From Sphyrna mokarran (taxonomy: Eukaryota): a stretch of 64,000 nucleotides of DNA. Location: assembly GCA_024679065.1 (NCBI GenBank), contig JAGIQG010000014.1, positions 28,148,001 to 28,212,000 of the forward strand, written 5' to 3'. The notes under the pieces were generated by a model. The model was given only the letters and a program-made list of their open reading frames with translations. It ran no database searches and had not been told where the DNA came from. Made by a program: the position numbers and the translations under genes. Every line of letters starts with the position of its first letter. Within the stretch, counting starts at the first letter, position 1. Of the stretch, positions 23,958 to 36,799 are shown piece after piece.

Positions 23958-26110
23958 CCCACAGTGCTGGTAGAAAGGGAGTTTCAAGATTTTGACCCAA
24001 GAGTTGTAAAGTGACATAGTGCTTCAATGCAAAATCAGGATGATGTGTGACTTGGAGGACAATTTGCAGGAGATGGTGTTCCCATGCATCTGCAGCCCTT
24101 GTCTTGCTAGGTGCTGGAAAGTGCAGGATTGGAAAGTGTGCTGAATGAGGCTTAATAAATTGCTGTAATACGACATGTAGATGGTGCAGCAGTGGTGGAG
24201 AGAATGAATGTTTAAGGTGGTGGATGGGTTGCCGATCAAGTGAGCTACTTTGTCCTGGTTGGTGTTTAGCTTCTTGAATGCTGTTGAAGCCACAGGCAAG
24301 AAGAACATATTCCATCACAGTCCTGATCCTTACATTGTCAATGGTGCTAAGGTTTTGAGGAGACAGGAAGTGCATTTCTTGCCACAAAGTTTTTTATTCA
24401 TTCAATTGTGAGGCATGCATGTCACTGGCTGACCAGCATTTATTGCCTGTCTCTTGTTGCCCTCGAGAAGATGATGGTGAGTCACCTCTTTGAATCATTG
24501 CAGTCCATGCGCTGTGGTTGACTCACAATGCCAATAGGTGGGGAATTCCAAGATTTTGACTAAGAAACTGCTAAGGAACAGCATCTGACTTACTCTTGTA
24601 GCAATAATATATATATGACTGATCCATTTCAGTTTCAGGACAATTGCAACATCCAGTATGTTTGGCAATTCAGTGAAACAATGCTATTGAATGTCAAAGG
24701 GTGATGGTGGGATTCTGCCTTCATGGAGATATTTACTGCCTTTCATGTATATGACACAAATGGTACTAGCTACTTATCAGCCCAAGTCTGAATGTTGTCT
24801 AGGTGTTTCTGCATTTGGACACTGACTGCTTCAGTATCTGAGGCATTTCAAATAGTGTTGAATGCTTTGTAATCACAAACATCCTCACTTCTGACCTTAC
24901 GAATGACGAAGATCATTAATGAAGCAGACAAAATTAGTTGGACCTAGGTCATGATCCTGAATAAATCCTGCAGTGATGTGCTAGAACTGAGATGATTGGC
25001 CTCCAATAACTAAAAACATTTTCTTTTGTTCTAGATATGACTTTAGCCAGTGGAAAGTTTCCCCCGATTCCCATTTAGTCCAGCTTTGCTCGTGCTCCTT
25101 AAAGCTATACTCAGTCAAAAGCTGCCTTGATGTCAAGAGTTGTCATATTCTCACTTTCACTTCTCCTCTGAATTGAGCTCCTTTGTCCATGAATCATGGT
25201 TGCAGTGGGGTCAGGAGCAAATTGGCCTGGGCAGATCCCAAACTGATCATCAATGACAAGATTATTACTGACTAAGTGGCACTTAATAGCACTGCCAAGG
25301 ACACCTTTCATCAACTCGCTAATAACTGAGAATAGACTGACGTGGCAGTAATTGGCCTGATTGGATTTATTCTGCTTTTTGTGCAGAGGGCTTATCTGGA
25401 CAATTTTCTGCATCGTTGGGGTTTGGTCACATTGTATTGTACTGGAATATCTTGGCTCGGGGCACAGCTAGTTTTGGAGCACAGTTCTTCATGCCACAGC
25501 TAACATGTTGTCAGATCCTATAGACTTTGCTATTTCCAGTGGCTTAAGCCATTTTATAACGTCATGTGGAGCAAACTAAATTGGCTGAAGTCTGGCATTT
25601 GTGATGGTATGGAGCTCTGGAGAAGGCTAAGATTGAACAAAGAAAATTACAGCACAGGAACAGGCCCTTCAGCCCTCCAAGCCTGCATCAACTATGCTGC
25701 CCGACTGAACTAAAACCCCCTACGCTTCCCTCTATTTGCTTTCTATTCAAGTATTTGTCAAGATGCCCCTTAAAAGTCACTATCATATCTGCTCCCACTA
25801 TCTCCCACATCAGTGAGTTCTGGGCACCCATCACCCTCTATGTAGAAAAACTTGCATTGTACATCTCAAGATGAATCATCCATTTACACTTCAGGATAAG
25901 ATGGCTGCAAATGCTTCAGCTGTGTCTTTTGCACTGATGTCCTCGACTCCTTGGCTATTGAGGATGCTGATGAAACCTCTTCATTGGTCAGTTTATAATT
26001 GTCAACCACTATTCATGAATGAATGTGGCAGGACTGCATAACTTTGATTTGATCCATTGGTTGTGGAGCCACTTCATTCTGTTTATAGTCTGCTGCTTCT
26101 GCTTTTTAGT
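23958..26110 (-). mobile_element. Old APE-RT LINE fragments (host of the full-length CR1; its 3' end continues at 19225-19341)
   Basis: ANYCHVSLFSVISELMKGV..DDQFG..LDIKAAFD RT remnant; a CR1 tail is nested at ~25635-25867. Confidence 0.7.
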
Positions 26111-26494
26111 GAGGATCGATCTACTATAGACTGGTGGGATGAACATGTACATTCTGTGCTGTTAGAATGATCTGTGGTAAATTGTTTTAGGAAATGTGAA
26201 TTTGGTTTTTAATTCTCCGTCTAACCAGTCTACCAATCAGCATAAGTTAGCAATGAATTGAAAAACAGCGTTGTGTTTTACTGAACATAAAATTCACAAC
26301 TTTTTATCTTCAGAAAATACACATGCATTTAGAATTCAAACCAGTGATTTATGAAACAACAGAAATATAGGATATGCTCCATGATTTTGGGACTTAACCT
26401 CTTCCTCATATCTGTTGTCAAAACAAGATTCCAATCAGAAGCAAATATCAACCGTGAGATAATGGAATAATATTTACCTTAATCTTTCACATCT

Positions 26495-26784
26495 CTGTAG
26501 AATGCTTACACTGCAGAAGGGGGCCATTCAGTCCATTGAATCTGCATCAAACCTCTGAAAGAGCACCTTACTAGGCCCACTCCCCTGTCCTATCCCCATA
26601 AACCCACACATTGATCACGGCCAGTTCACCCAAACTGCACATTTTTTGACTGTGGGATAGAACTGGAGTACCTGGAGGAAACCCTCACAGACATGGGGAG
26701 AACATGCAAGCGCCACACAATAAGTCATTCAAAGCTGAAATGAAACCTGGGTCCCTGGTGCTGTGAAGCAGCAGTGCTCATCAT
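26495..26784 (-). mobile_element. HE1-like V-SINE (head split by the Rex insertion)
   Basis: V core and CR1 tail; the head resumes at 27561-27576. Confidence 0.8.
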
Positions 26785-27560
26785 TTTTATTTGATTTGAT
26801 TTATTATTGTATTAGCATACAGTGAAAAGTATTATTTCTTGCATGCTATACAGACAAAACATACCATCCTTAGAGAAGGAAACAAGAGAATGCAGAATAG
26901 TAATGTTACAGTCAGAGCTAGAGTGTAGCGAAAGATCAACGTAATGCAAGGTAAGTCCATTCAAAAGTTTGACAGCAGCAGAGAAAAAGCTGTTCTTGAG
27001 TCAGTTGCTATGTGACTTCAGATTTTTGTATCTTTTTCCTTACAGAAGAAGGTGAAAGGGAGAGTGTCCAGGGTACATGGGGTATTTAATTATGCTGGCT
27101 GCTTTGCTGAGGCAGCAGGAAGTGTAGAAGGAGTCAATGGATGGAAGGCTGGCTTGTGTGATGGATTGAGCTACATTCATAACCTTTTGTAGTTCCTTAC
27201 GGTCTTAGGCAGAGCAGAAGCCATACCAAAATGTGATATAACCAGAAAGAATATTTTCTATGGTGCATCTGTAAAGGTTGGTGAGAGTCATAGCGGACTC
27301 GTCAAATTTCTTTAGAAAGTTGATAGGCTTTCTTAACTATAGTGTCGGCATGAGGGAACCAGGTTGTTGGTGATCTGGACCCCTATAAACTTGAAGTTCT
27401 TGACCCTTTCTACTTCATCTCCATTGATGAAGACAGGGATATGTTCTCTCTTATGCTTCCTGAAGTCGATGACAATCTCCTTTGTTTTGTTGACATTGAG
27501 GAAGAGATTAGTGTTGCCACACTAGTTCACTAGATTCTCTATCTCATTCCTGTACTCTAT
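26785..27560 (-). mobile_element. Rex1/Babar LINE 3' fragment nested in a SINE head
   Basis: Reverse homolog of 12735-13300; flanked by CTCATCAT at 26777-26784 and 27561-27568. Confidence 0.8.
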
Positions 27561-28659
27561 CTCATCATCGTGCCACTTAAAGAATTATATAGTCATTGAC
27601 TTGCATATGGAGACAATATCGACAATGGCTGAGGAGTGTGTGTGTGAATAACTAATATCTTTATTAATGTGAGCAAACAAAATAACACTTTTTTTCTATT
27701 GCAGAGAGCAGCACTTTTTTACCCTCTGGTGTGTCCCTTACCACAGACCATGATAACATTTTCACTTCAAATGCCACCAAAGGTCAGTTTACATGTCCAA
27801 ATAATACAAGTTATCATTTTTACCCAAATAAAAATACTTAATATTTATTTGCATAGATTGTGAACAACCTGACTTCAAATAATCTAGGTAACCAAGAATG
27901 TGCATTGAAGAAATGCTTTTTACGCAAATGTCTAAACTTAAAATTCCTGGTTTTAAATTAGGTCAAACATTGCAAATGGATGGGGGAGGACATTTGTGGT
28001 TAATATATAGAAATGTCAAGTTATTTGCAAAACAGCCTTCTGTCTTTGCAACAGTCCAGTGTGATATCTTTAGAAAAAGGAAACAACTTTCTTGGTGTTT
28101 GTTTGCTGAGACAACCTGTAGCAGTTTCTGTCAGTTTTATAGTTGCAGTTTGGTGTTTTGATTTGAGCAACTGCGGTCTATCTTTTGGTGATTGGTGTTA
28201 ATTGGGCACATTATAATTGATTCTACTTATCATTAGGACATTGAGGTTCAATTAACCTTGCTGGTCAGTCTGTTGCTATTTGCCTCCACGGTGAGGACAG
28301 TGTTCTCTCCCTTGATTGTAAAACAGAAACTGAATTTCCACATGTCTGGACACTGATTAGCATTTTTGATATAAAGAATCTAACATTGTCTATGTTGGTG
28401 ATGGAAAATCAGTATTCTGAAATGTCTCATATATGTATTTCAGTATTAGATACTGAACCTGATTAAGCTATTAATTAGAAAATGTTTCATGGTTATGAAA
28501 TGCGGCAAGTATTATTTCACAATTGTTTCTCAGGCACATGCAGAAAATGCAAAAGTGTTGACTAAGAGATGATATAACTCAAAAGAGTTGTGTCATAAAC
28601 TGAATATTAAAAACCTCAGCTGAGACGAAGTCATTGATTTCTGATGTATCTATTAATTG

Positions 28660-28985
28660 AATCATAGAGTCCCTACAGTACAGAAAGAGACCATTTGGCC
28701 CATTGAGTCTTTCCCAACAATAATCCCACCCAATCCCTATTCCTATATCCCCCCATGCATTTTATCTGCTAATCTCCCTGGCACTAAGGGTCAATTTATC
28801 ATGGCTAATCAACCTAACCTGCACATCTTTGGACTGCGGGTGGAAACTGGAGCATTCAGAGGAAACCCACATGGAAACAGGAAGAGTGTGCAAACTCCAC
28901 ACAGACAGTGACCGAGATTGGACTTGAACCTGGGACCCTGGCGCCATGAGATAGCAGTGCTAACCACTGTACCACCATGCTGCTC
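28660..28985 (-). mobile_element. HE1-like V-SINE
   Basis: Homologous to 17070-17412. Confidence 0.85.
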
Positions 28986-29162
28986 CTACGGTTTAGTAAC
29001 ACATCAAACCCCAATGCGACTCTAATATAGGCCACCCAAGCTACTAAAAACAAGTCAATAAAATATTGTTACAGCAAATTTCCATCAAATTGTTTACAAA
29101 TCGGAGACATAGATGTCCCTCATTGTATGGACTGTACTTAGACTTTGTCCATGTTAAATGAT

Positions 29163-29460
29163 TAAAATTTATTTATTATTGTCATAAGTAGGTTTATGTT
29201 AACATTGCAATGGTATTACTGTGAAAATCCCCTGGTTGCCACATTCTTGTGTCAGTTTCGGTATACTGAGGGAGAAATTAGCATGGTCTAACCAGCCCAT
29301 CTTTTGGATTTGTGGGAAAAAAACAGAGCACCCAGAAGAAACCCAAGCAGACACAGGGAGATTGTGCAGCCTCCGTATAGACAAGAACCCAAGCCAGGAA
29401 TTGAACCCGGGTCCCTGGTACTGTGAGGCAACAATGCTAACACTGTGCCACTGTGCTGCC
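29163..29460 (-). mobile_element. V-SINE with an alternative (non-CR1) tail
   Basis: HE1-like head and core, but the tail ends ..cttatgacaataataaataaat; sister copy at 37835-38092. Confidence 0.8.
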
Positions 29461-29539
29461 AATCGTTTTCAGGCCCCTCCCATGGTGGTTCTACTTGAGT
29501 AAAGCAAAACAATCAAACATTATAGCATGCTATTGATGT

Positions 29540-29852
29540 CATACAACCCTACAGTACAGAAGGAGAACATTCAGCCCATCGAGTCTCCACCAACTACAAT
29601 CCCACCAGGTCCTATCTCTGTATATTTGCCCCCTAATCCCTCTAGCCTATGCATCCTGGGACACTAAGGGGCAATTTAGAATGGCCAATCACACACATTT
29701 GGACTGTGGGAGGAAACTGGAGTACTGGGAGGAAACCCATGCAGACACAGGGAGAATGTGCAAACTCCACATAGACAGTAACCCGAGCTGGGATTTGAAC
29801 CGAGGCTTGGAGCTAAGAAGCAGCAGTGCTAACCACTATGCTACCGTGCCAC
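29540..29852 (-). mobile_element. HE1-like V-SINE
   Basis: Homologous to 17070-17412. Confidence 0.85.
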
Positions 29853-30493
29853 CCCAATTGTGAATTCCCGATGCATCAAACATTTCTCTTATGCACATTT
29901 TCCAGCTGTCTTCAATTGCCCTCATCTCAGGACTAGCCAATTCACCAGACTTGGATAGAAACTGAAGCAGCAAAGAGCTAAAAAGAACAGAGCCTGGGAA
30001 CGGTGCTTATTAGGAATGGAGATCAGATGTTTCCTACATAATATTCCAAGAATAAACAAGTAAAATAAAACCAAGCATAAGATCTTTCATCCTCCAAGGT
30101 TTCAGTACAGGCCAGTGGAGGTTGTAAGTTTCCCTTTTGACTTCTGCTTACTTACTTTTTGAACCACAGCTTTGTCTCCTCAGCGCACACTACTTAACTT
30201 TTGCACAATACCAATTTCTGTGGTCAGCAGCAACGGCTGCTGTCAACTATTCTGTTGCAAAAATTGAATTCAAGTATCTACACTATTTTCAAGAAGTCAT
30301 GTTTCCTACATTCTGTTCTGTGCATTTTAATATATGAGTGACTTATACACCAGTGCAAGGTCAAAATGATTTTTTTTTAAAATGAAAATTGTTCTCCTGT
30401 CAATAAAGGAGCAATTTATATTATAAATTAACTGGGTAAAAGTTCTGTGATAACTTCAAAGGCAACTTGTTGTAAGTTTAAGTTATAACTAGA

Positions 30494-30600
30494 TTATATG
30501 AATAATAATAATGTGAATAATGAATAATAATAAGAATAATATTTATATTATGAATAATAATAATGTGAATAATGAATAATAAGAAGAATAATATTTATAT
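30494..30600. repeat. AT-rich (AAT)n-derived ~51-bp unit, duplicated in tandem
   Basis: tatgaataataataatgtgaataatgaataataa(t/g)aagaataatatttatat occurs twice. Confidence 0.85.
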
Positions 30601-30622
30601 ATGTACAAACAAGGATCTGACA

Positions 30623-31240
30623 GAACAAAGAACAAAGAACAAAACAGCATGGGAAACAGGCCCTTCGGCCCAACGAGCCCGTGCCGACAACCCGATGTTC
30701 CCACCTCTACCCGCAATCCCTGTCCATGTTTATAGATCTATGGATTAAAAACCAAATTTGAGACAATTTAGGGAGAATTTGTTTTGCCAATTAGCCTAAG
30801 AGCACATCTTTGGGATGTGGGAGGAAACCGGAGCGCCCAGAGAAAACCCACGCAAGCACAGGGAAAATGCGCAAACTCCACAGACACAGGCCCAAATCCA
30901 TGTATCTGCACAGCACAGCGATAGTCACTGAGCTGTCGTGTTGCCCATCAAATGGTCCAGTCAAGCGTACACTAACGACGTGAAGGACTAAGATACTCTC
31001 GAAAAAAATCCAAGAGCAGTCCTCTCACGACACATCGCGTGTCTGCCCCTTGTTAGACAACAAGGTGGACCAAAGCACCTGTAGGATAAAAACAAGTACA
31101 TCAATATCATCATCTATTTACACACTTCCCAGGGACTCCCAAGGCTCATGATCCCTATTTTAAATCAGTTTTCTGTACCCCTCCATTCCCACTCTGTTCA
31201 TGTGCCCATCTAAATATTTCTTAAATAACTCCAGAGTACC
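30623..31240 (-). mobile_element. 5'-truncated copy of the V-SINE-tailed CR1
   Basis: Near-identical to 19342-19955 across the whole 3'UTR and the end of ORF2. Confidence 0.92.
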
Positions 31241-31329
31241 AGGACTGCAATAAACTTCTATTCTTTTCTCCCTGATTCCAACAGAGGTTTCTCCGAAACA
31301 ATGGTGGTGGTGGGTTCAGGACTAGCAGT

Positions 31330-31744
31330 GGGGGTCGGTGGGGAGGAGGGGTGGGGAGAGGGGATTGGGGGGTGGGGAGGGAGGAGGTATTGATGTTGGG
31401 CCTAGCCACATTCTTTGGGTGTACCGAGGGAGAAATTAGCATGGTCTAACCAGCAATTGGACTGTGGAGGGAGTAAGAGGGCCCGCACTTTGGGGATTGC
31501 AGGGCTAGCCAGCGATCGAGCTGGCCATCAATTGGAAGGCCAGCTGACAGGGGCCACTGCACAGGCACCAATCTTGGAACTGACATTTTCACTTGTGCAG
31601 TGGCCCGCTCGGTGCAATGCTATCAGCCTGTTGTGCAGAGTGGGGGAGATTCTCCTCTGAACTCCCACTGAAAAAATCAGCGTGATTTACTCCAGTTTTC
31701 ACACAAATTCAACACTTAGAACTTTTTTGGGAGAATTCCAGCCA
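31330..31744. mobile_element. Partial non-autonomous DNA transposon (Harbinger-type MITE)
   Basis: Ends gggagaattccagcc; G-rich interior; contains a V-SINE tail fragment at ~31400-31470. Confidence 0.45.
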
Positions 31745-33259
31745 TTAAACTGAGGGACCATCTGCTTCTGAAGGAAGGAGGGCGGGTCGAAGTGTAAACA
31801 ATGTCCTGATGTCACTTGAGATAGGGCTGTCAACCTGTACCAGCCCTATTGTTTTGTGGCTGCCACATTTACCTGAAAAATAACAGTACATTCAATGTAA
31901 TTAATTGGCTGTTAAGAGTTTAATTGAGGACACATGAAGAAATGTAAATGTAAAAATGCAAGTTCTTTTTCTCCTTCTTGAGAAATGTACATCACAAATA
32001 CCCTCCCATACACTTCAAAGTGAACATTATCCATGTGTGAAACTTACAAATTACTTAGCCATTTACTTGGCGCAGATGATGGCACCTCAACTTTATCTTG
32101 TCCTCATGCCGTGGCTGCCTACATTGTAAAGAGATTGGTGATTGAAACAGTGTGTTTTTGCTGGGTCCACCAACTCTGCTCGCCCCCAGCCCCTCTAGGG
32201 TTAGCAACCTTCCAGGGAATGTTCCAAAATTCCTAGATATTGAGGATTGATCTGGTGGCATTATTTGGAATCATAACTCATTTATGATTCGGAATAAAGA
32301 CTGTTCTGATCCTTGGCCTCATCCGCATGCTGATGACAAGATCTGGTAAGGGACCAATGACATTTTGTCTGAAATAGACAAAGTTTGAGGATCAAGACAG
32401 TTGCTGAATGAAGAAAGTCACAAGATTTGAATAAACAGAAAGAAGGTTTGTGATACAAGATCAAAAGGTAAAACAATGTACAATGTTTATCTTATACTTT
32501 AACAGTCAGGGTTAACGTGAGATATAGGCAAATTTAACACGTAAACATGTTGAACACATCACACTGCACAATAAATGCCAAATAAAACCAAAATAGATTC
32601 CATGGATTTCTAAGCGACCCACCCAGACAACATTAAAACTTGAGTCAATTGTTCTCACTGAATCTGTTTCAACTTCCCGTCATAAAATCTTGCTCTGGAA
32701 ATCTTACCAAACATCACTCCAATTCAACAATAGGCCATCTTGCAGGATTTCAGTCTTGTCACCTGAGCTCTGTTCCTCTGAATCTCTGAACATACTCACA
32801 TAAAATATGGACACAGCATCAGATGTTCAGCATGCTGAGCAGAACCTCACTGCTCCAAACGGTTATCTTTGCCCCAACAGTCTACAGCACGGAGTCACCA
32901 ACCTTTGACTGCCTTCTTTACTAAAAGTCTATTCTCCACAGTTTGCTGTTTGCAGCCTGTTTCTTTGCTTCTCTTTTTTCAACCTTAATATAACAGGACC
33001 TGTCACTTTGTCTTGTCTCTGTTCATTACTAGGAGCTTTCTCCTGGGACCCCTCTCTGTCCCCTATCTACTTTTTGGGATTTCTCTCTGTCCCCTCTCCC
33101 TGTTCCCTGCCCTAGAAATTGCCAGAAATGGTGCTCCAACCCTAATCACATGTTATTGGGTTTGTTTGATGTCTCAATTATGCAATCTAGAGGCAGTATG
33201 TTTAAACAGTGTTCACCTTCACCCTTGCCCTCTTCGTGATTCTGAAACTTCTTAACCTT

Positions 33260-35617
33260 CCATGTGCTGTGCTAATATGACTAAGTAACTCCCCAGGATG
33301 CATATCGGAATTGGGGCAGTCCGCTGTGCTCTGCATCTCGTGGCCTTTGATGCCCTTGGTGTGCACCCCTGAAGGGCTGGGTGCCCCCATCAACTTTCGT
33401 GTGTCACAGATGCAGCCATGGCACTTGGTTCAGCTTGCTACCCAGGAGATGTATCACTGTCAGGAATGGGGCATTCAGAAGGACTGTGGACTGCTGGGGT
33501 GTCCTGGGTGGAAGGCCCTAGCATGGGCTTCAGCGCTTCTTCCCCATCAGGGTGCCCATGGGCCCCAGGGATACTCCATGGGACGGTGGGACAGCTGGAC
33601 TGAGCACCAGAAGCTTCAGCGTCACCTGGCACTGTCAGCCCTGGGGGCCCAACTGCATCTGCACCATGGTGTGTGAGTTCTCAATGGTGGTTATGTGAGA
33701 CTGGACCAAGGTCTGGAGTCCATGTGTGACTAGGCCAAGCTCTTGAGGTTGTCAGCCATGGCTTTCAACGACTTAGCCATGCCATCATGGCTACTGTCTT
33801 TTGCCCCAGGCTTTCCATTGCATTGCCATTCTTGGCTGTTTTGGCTTGAATACTAATAATACAGCATCATCTCCTGTGACTGAAGAATGTAGGACTCATA
33901 AAAACAGCCTCACAGCTGCTGGAATGTCTCTGACTGCTCCCCCCCCCCCAATCCCTGCAGACCCCGGCTCTTCTTCTGCATCCCCAACAACTCTGTGAGA
34001 ATCTTTTCCAGTGTCCGGCATCTGGCTAGGAGCCTGTTTGCCCTTGGATCCAGCAAACCTTCGCCTGTCCAATCGCATGGGTGTTCCCACCTCCACCTAA
34101 TGTGCATCAGAAACTGTCTGGTGCTCATCAGGAAATGACTCTAAAGTGTCTACTAATTCTACCCACTGAGACTTGTGTTTCCATGCTGATGGATAGAACA
34201 TAGAACATAGAACATTACAGCACAGAACAGGCCCTTCGGCCTTCGATGTTGTGCCGACCAAAATAAAAAGCAATGCCCCTCCTAACTAAACCATTCCCTT
34301 CTCATCCCTATACTTATCAACTAACCTCTTAAACGCCACCAAACTTGGCGCATCTACAACAGCTGCAGGCAGGGCATTCCACTCCCTAATCCCTCTTTGA
34401 GTAAAGAACCTACCTCTGATATCCGTCCTATAACTCATACCCCTTAATTTAAAGCTGTGTCCCCTCATGCTAGCTTTCTCCATCCTAGGAAAAAGGCTAT
34501 CACTGTCCACCCTATCCAAACCTCTAATCATCTTATATGCTTCAATAAGTGTGGGTAATGTCTGGTTGGGGCTTTCCTTGGAGTTTTTCTGTAAGCTGTT
34601 TGCAGGGGATGAGAGGTGGGGTGGGGGCGTTTGAGAGCTGTGGGGAATGCATGGTGGGGGGTGTTGGGGGGGGGGTGCCAACTCTGGAGGGCTTGACCCC
34701 ATCAAGTGTGGCTCCTGCAAGTGAAGACACATGATTCAGTGCCAGGGAGGAATGAGTACCTGGGCAGCTTGGCACTTCTTTGAGAACGGTCTACATGGAT
34801 GAAGGTTTTCTGGATCCTCATTTTTGTGGTATACTCCAACCCCTCTGAGGCAACACTCCAGGGAATTTCATTGCGCATTCTTCAAAGGGGGTCAGGAGGT
34901 GAAGTTCAGGAGTTCCGCACTAAATGTCTGGCAGCTGAGGCGGGGTGGGAGTGTTGTGTGGTGTGAATGGGTTAAATAGTTCAGCACTGTGCCTTGCCTG
35001 GCAATGGTTGTGACTGCCAGAGGGATTTGAGGAGAATGCTGGGGAGTTGGGTGCTGGACAGCCGTGGAGTGTCTGGGAGCGAGTTAAGGTCAACATTCCA
35101 CTTGTGACAGGTGGAACTGATGCGAGGACGAGACAGATGGACACTCACTCTCGCAGCCCGAAAGAGATTGTTCATCTTTTCCTGGCATTGAGCCCCAGTC
35201 CCACGTGTCAAACCGCAGGCATTGACTACTACCTCCCAGATCACATTAGAGTTCCTGCTCCTGGGTCACTTTCCCTTCTAGGCCTCTCCCCCAAAGCATT
35301 TAGCAGCCATTTGAACTCTTCCTTGGTAAACCGCTGCACTCACAACCAGTCACGTCAGAAGAAGTCACCAATGGGGCTGCTCTGCATGGTGCCATCTTCC
35401 TGACTGGGACCATTTAAAAGCAGCTCCTCTTTGTTCGTGGTGCACAACTGTGGCCACTTTGGGTGAACCGTGCACCTGTGGACTCCATAATGGTGTTATT
35501 CATCTCTTGGCTTTCTCAGTGCACTAAATGTCAGTGAATTGTGGTGTGGACTACACTAAGACCAGTCCGGATCACTACCCTTTTCTTGCTGTTATGACAC
35601 TTTGAAAATTTCGCCCC
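33260..35617 (-). mobile_element. Decayed Harbinger element with a Myb/SANT ORF
   Basis: Reverse strand gives MAPCRAAP.., then WEVVVNACGLTRGTGAQCQEKMNNLFRAAR|gtgagt (Myb/SANT-like); TIR-like end gaaaatttcgccc at ~35605-35617. Confidence 0.65.
34195..34548 (-). mobile_element. CR1 3' fragment, second young subfamily with a short 3'UTR
   Basis: Near-identical to 41863-42215; (TTCTATG)n tail. Confidence 0.9.
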
Positions 35618-35824
35618 AGGGGAAAAGATTTACTTTCACAGCTCATATGAAACAAAGTTTATCTTTTTATTTTTTGAACTATTTTTAGGATGACTCTTGC
35701 ACAATAAATTTGATAATCGGGCATGTTTTGGAGTCTTCTTGTGAAATATTCCTTAAATGCCATGCTTTATTTTTCACTTTAAATGTTATTTGTGATATTA
35801 TCTAGACTTATGTTTTCCCTTCAG

Positions 35825-35895
35825 GTACTACAGAGTTTCTGAATTCCATTTTTACAACATCTCCTGGGGAGACTAGCACCACTGCTGAACAAATT
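35825..35895 (+). CDS. TIM-family receptor, mucin stalk exon (GTTEFLNSIFTTSPGETSTTAEQI)
   Basis: Acceptor ttttcccttcag|, donor |GTGAGT; Thr/Ser-rich; phase 1 to 0 bridges the IgV and TM exons in frame. Confidence 0.8.
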
Positions 35896-36799
35896 GTGAG
35901 TATGCATTAAATGTTCAAGAGCTGAAGACAAATCCAAATTAATCTAAAACGTCAGAACATTTTTTTGTATCAATGTTGTGACACTTTTTTCTACTGGTGA
36001 TGCAACAAATCAGTCTTTCAATGTTGATGCGTCAGTTCTCTACTGGGTGATTTATGTGCTTAACTGCCACTGCTTTGGACAAAAATATCTGCAAATGGGG
36101 ACTTTGTAAACCCAGAAGAAATTTTGCAAAATTGAGAGAAATTCATTATAAATCTGTATGGATATATAGAACTTATTAGGAAACTTGTTCAAACCTGTGC
36201 ACCTTTCTTTGGAACAACTTATCCCTAATCACCCAAATCAGATATCTCAAATTTTTGGTATTGGTTACATTGGATTAAAAAGCATAGTGATGGAAACTGA
36301 CCTCCATCCAGAAAAAAAGCCTGATTATGGCAGGTTTCCATCAATTGCATTCATTTTTGGGTCTTTGAGGAAGTTCCATTTAAAAATTAAGCTTTTTTTT
36401 GCTGCAATGACTCCAAACGGCCAGGTTATGCATACTTTCATTTCGATTTCCTTCCTAAAATACCGATTGCTGTGCATCAATTTAATTAAAGTTAAATATA
36501 ACTATTGCTTTTAAAAACATTTTCAGTTGTTCAAAATCAAGTTATTCATAGGTAGTCATTTTTATGTGGAAATCCCAATTTCAGCTCTGTTAATCAAACT
36601 GCATCAAATTATAATTTTTAAACGTCAAGAATTTTTTTTAAAGGCAACGATTTATTCTAAAATGCTTCCCGATTTCCTTGTTTCATGAGAGATTTTGCAT
36701 TTGGTGATCTGAAAATAAGTTTGAATGAAAACATGGGAAAAAGAAAGTCTACTCTATCATAATTGTTGCAACAGTGAAAACAATAAAGGAAGGATGAGG

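Noticed and set aside
30494-30600. Regular repeat that might be CRISPR-like
   Set aside because: Two copies of an AT microsatellite-derived unit with no spacers, in eukaryotic context.
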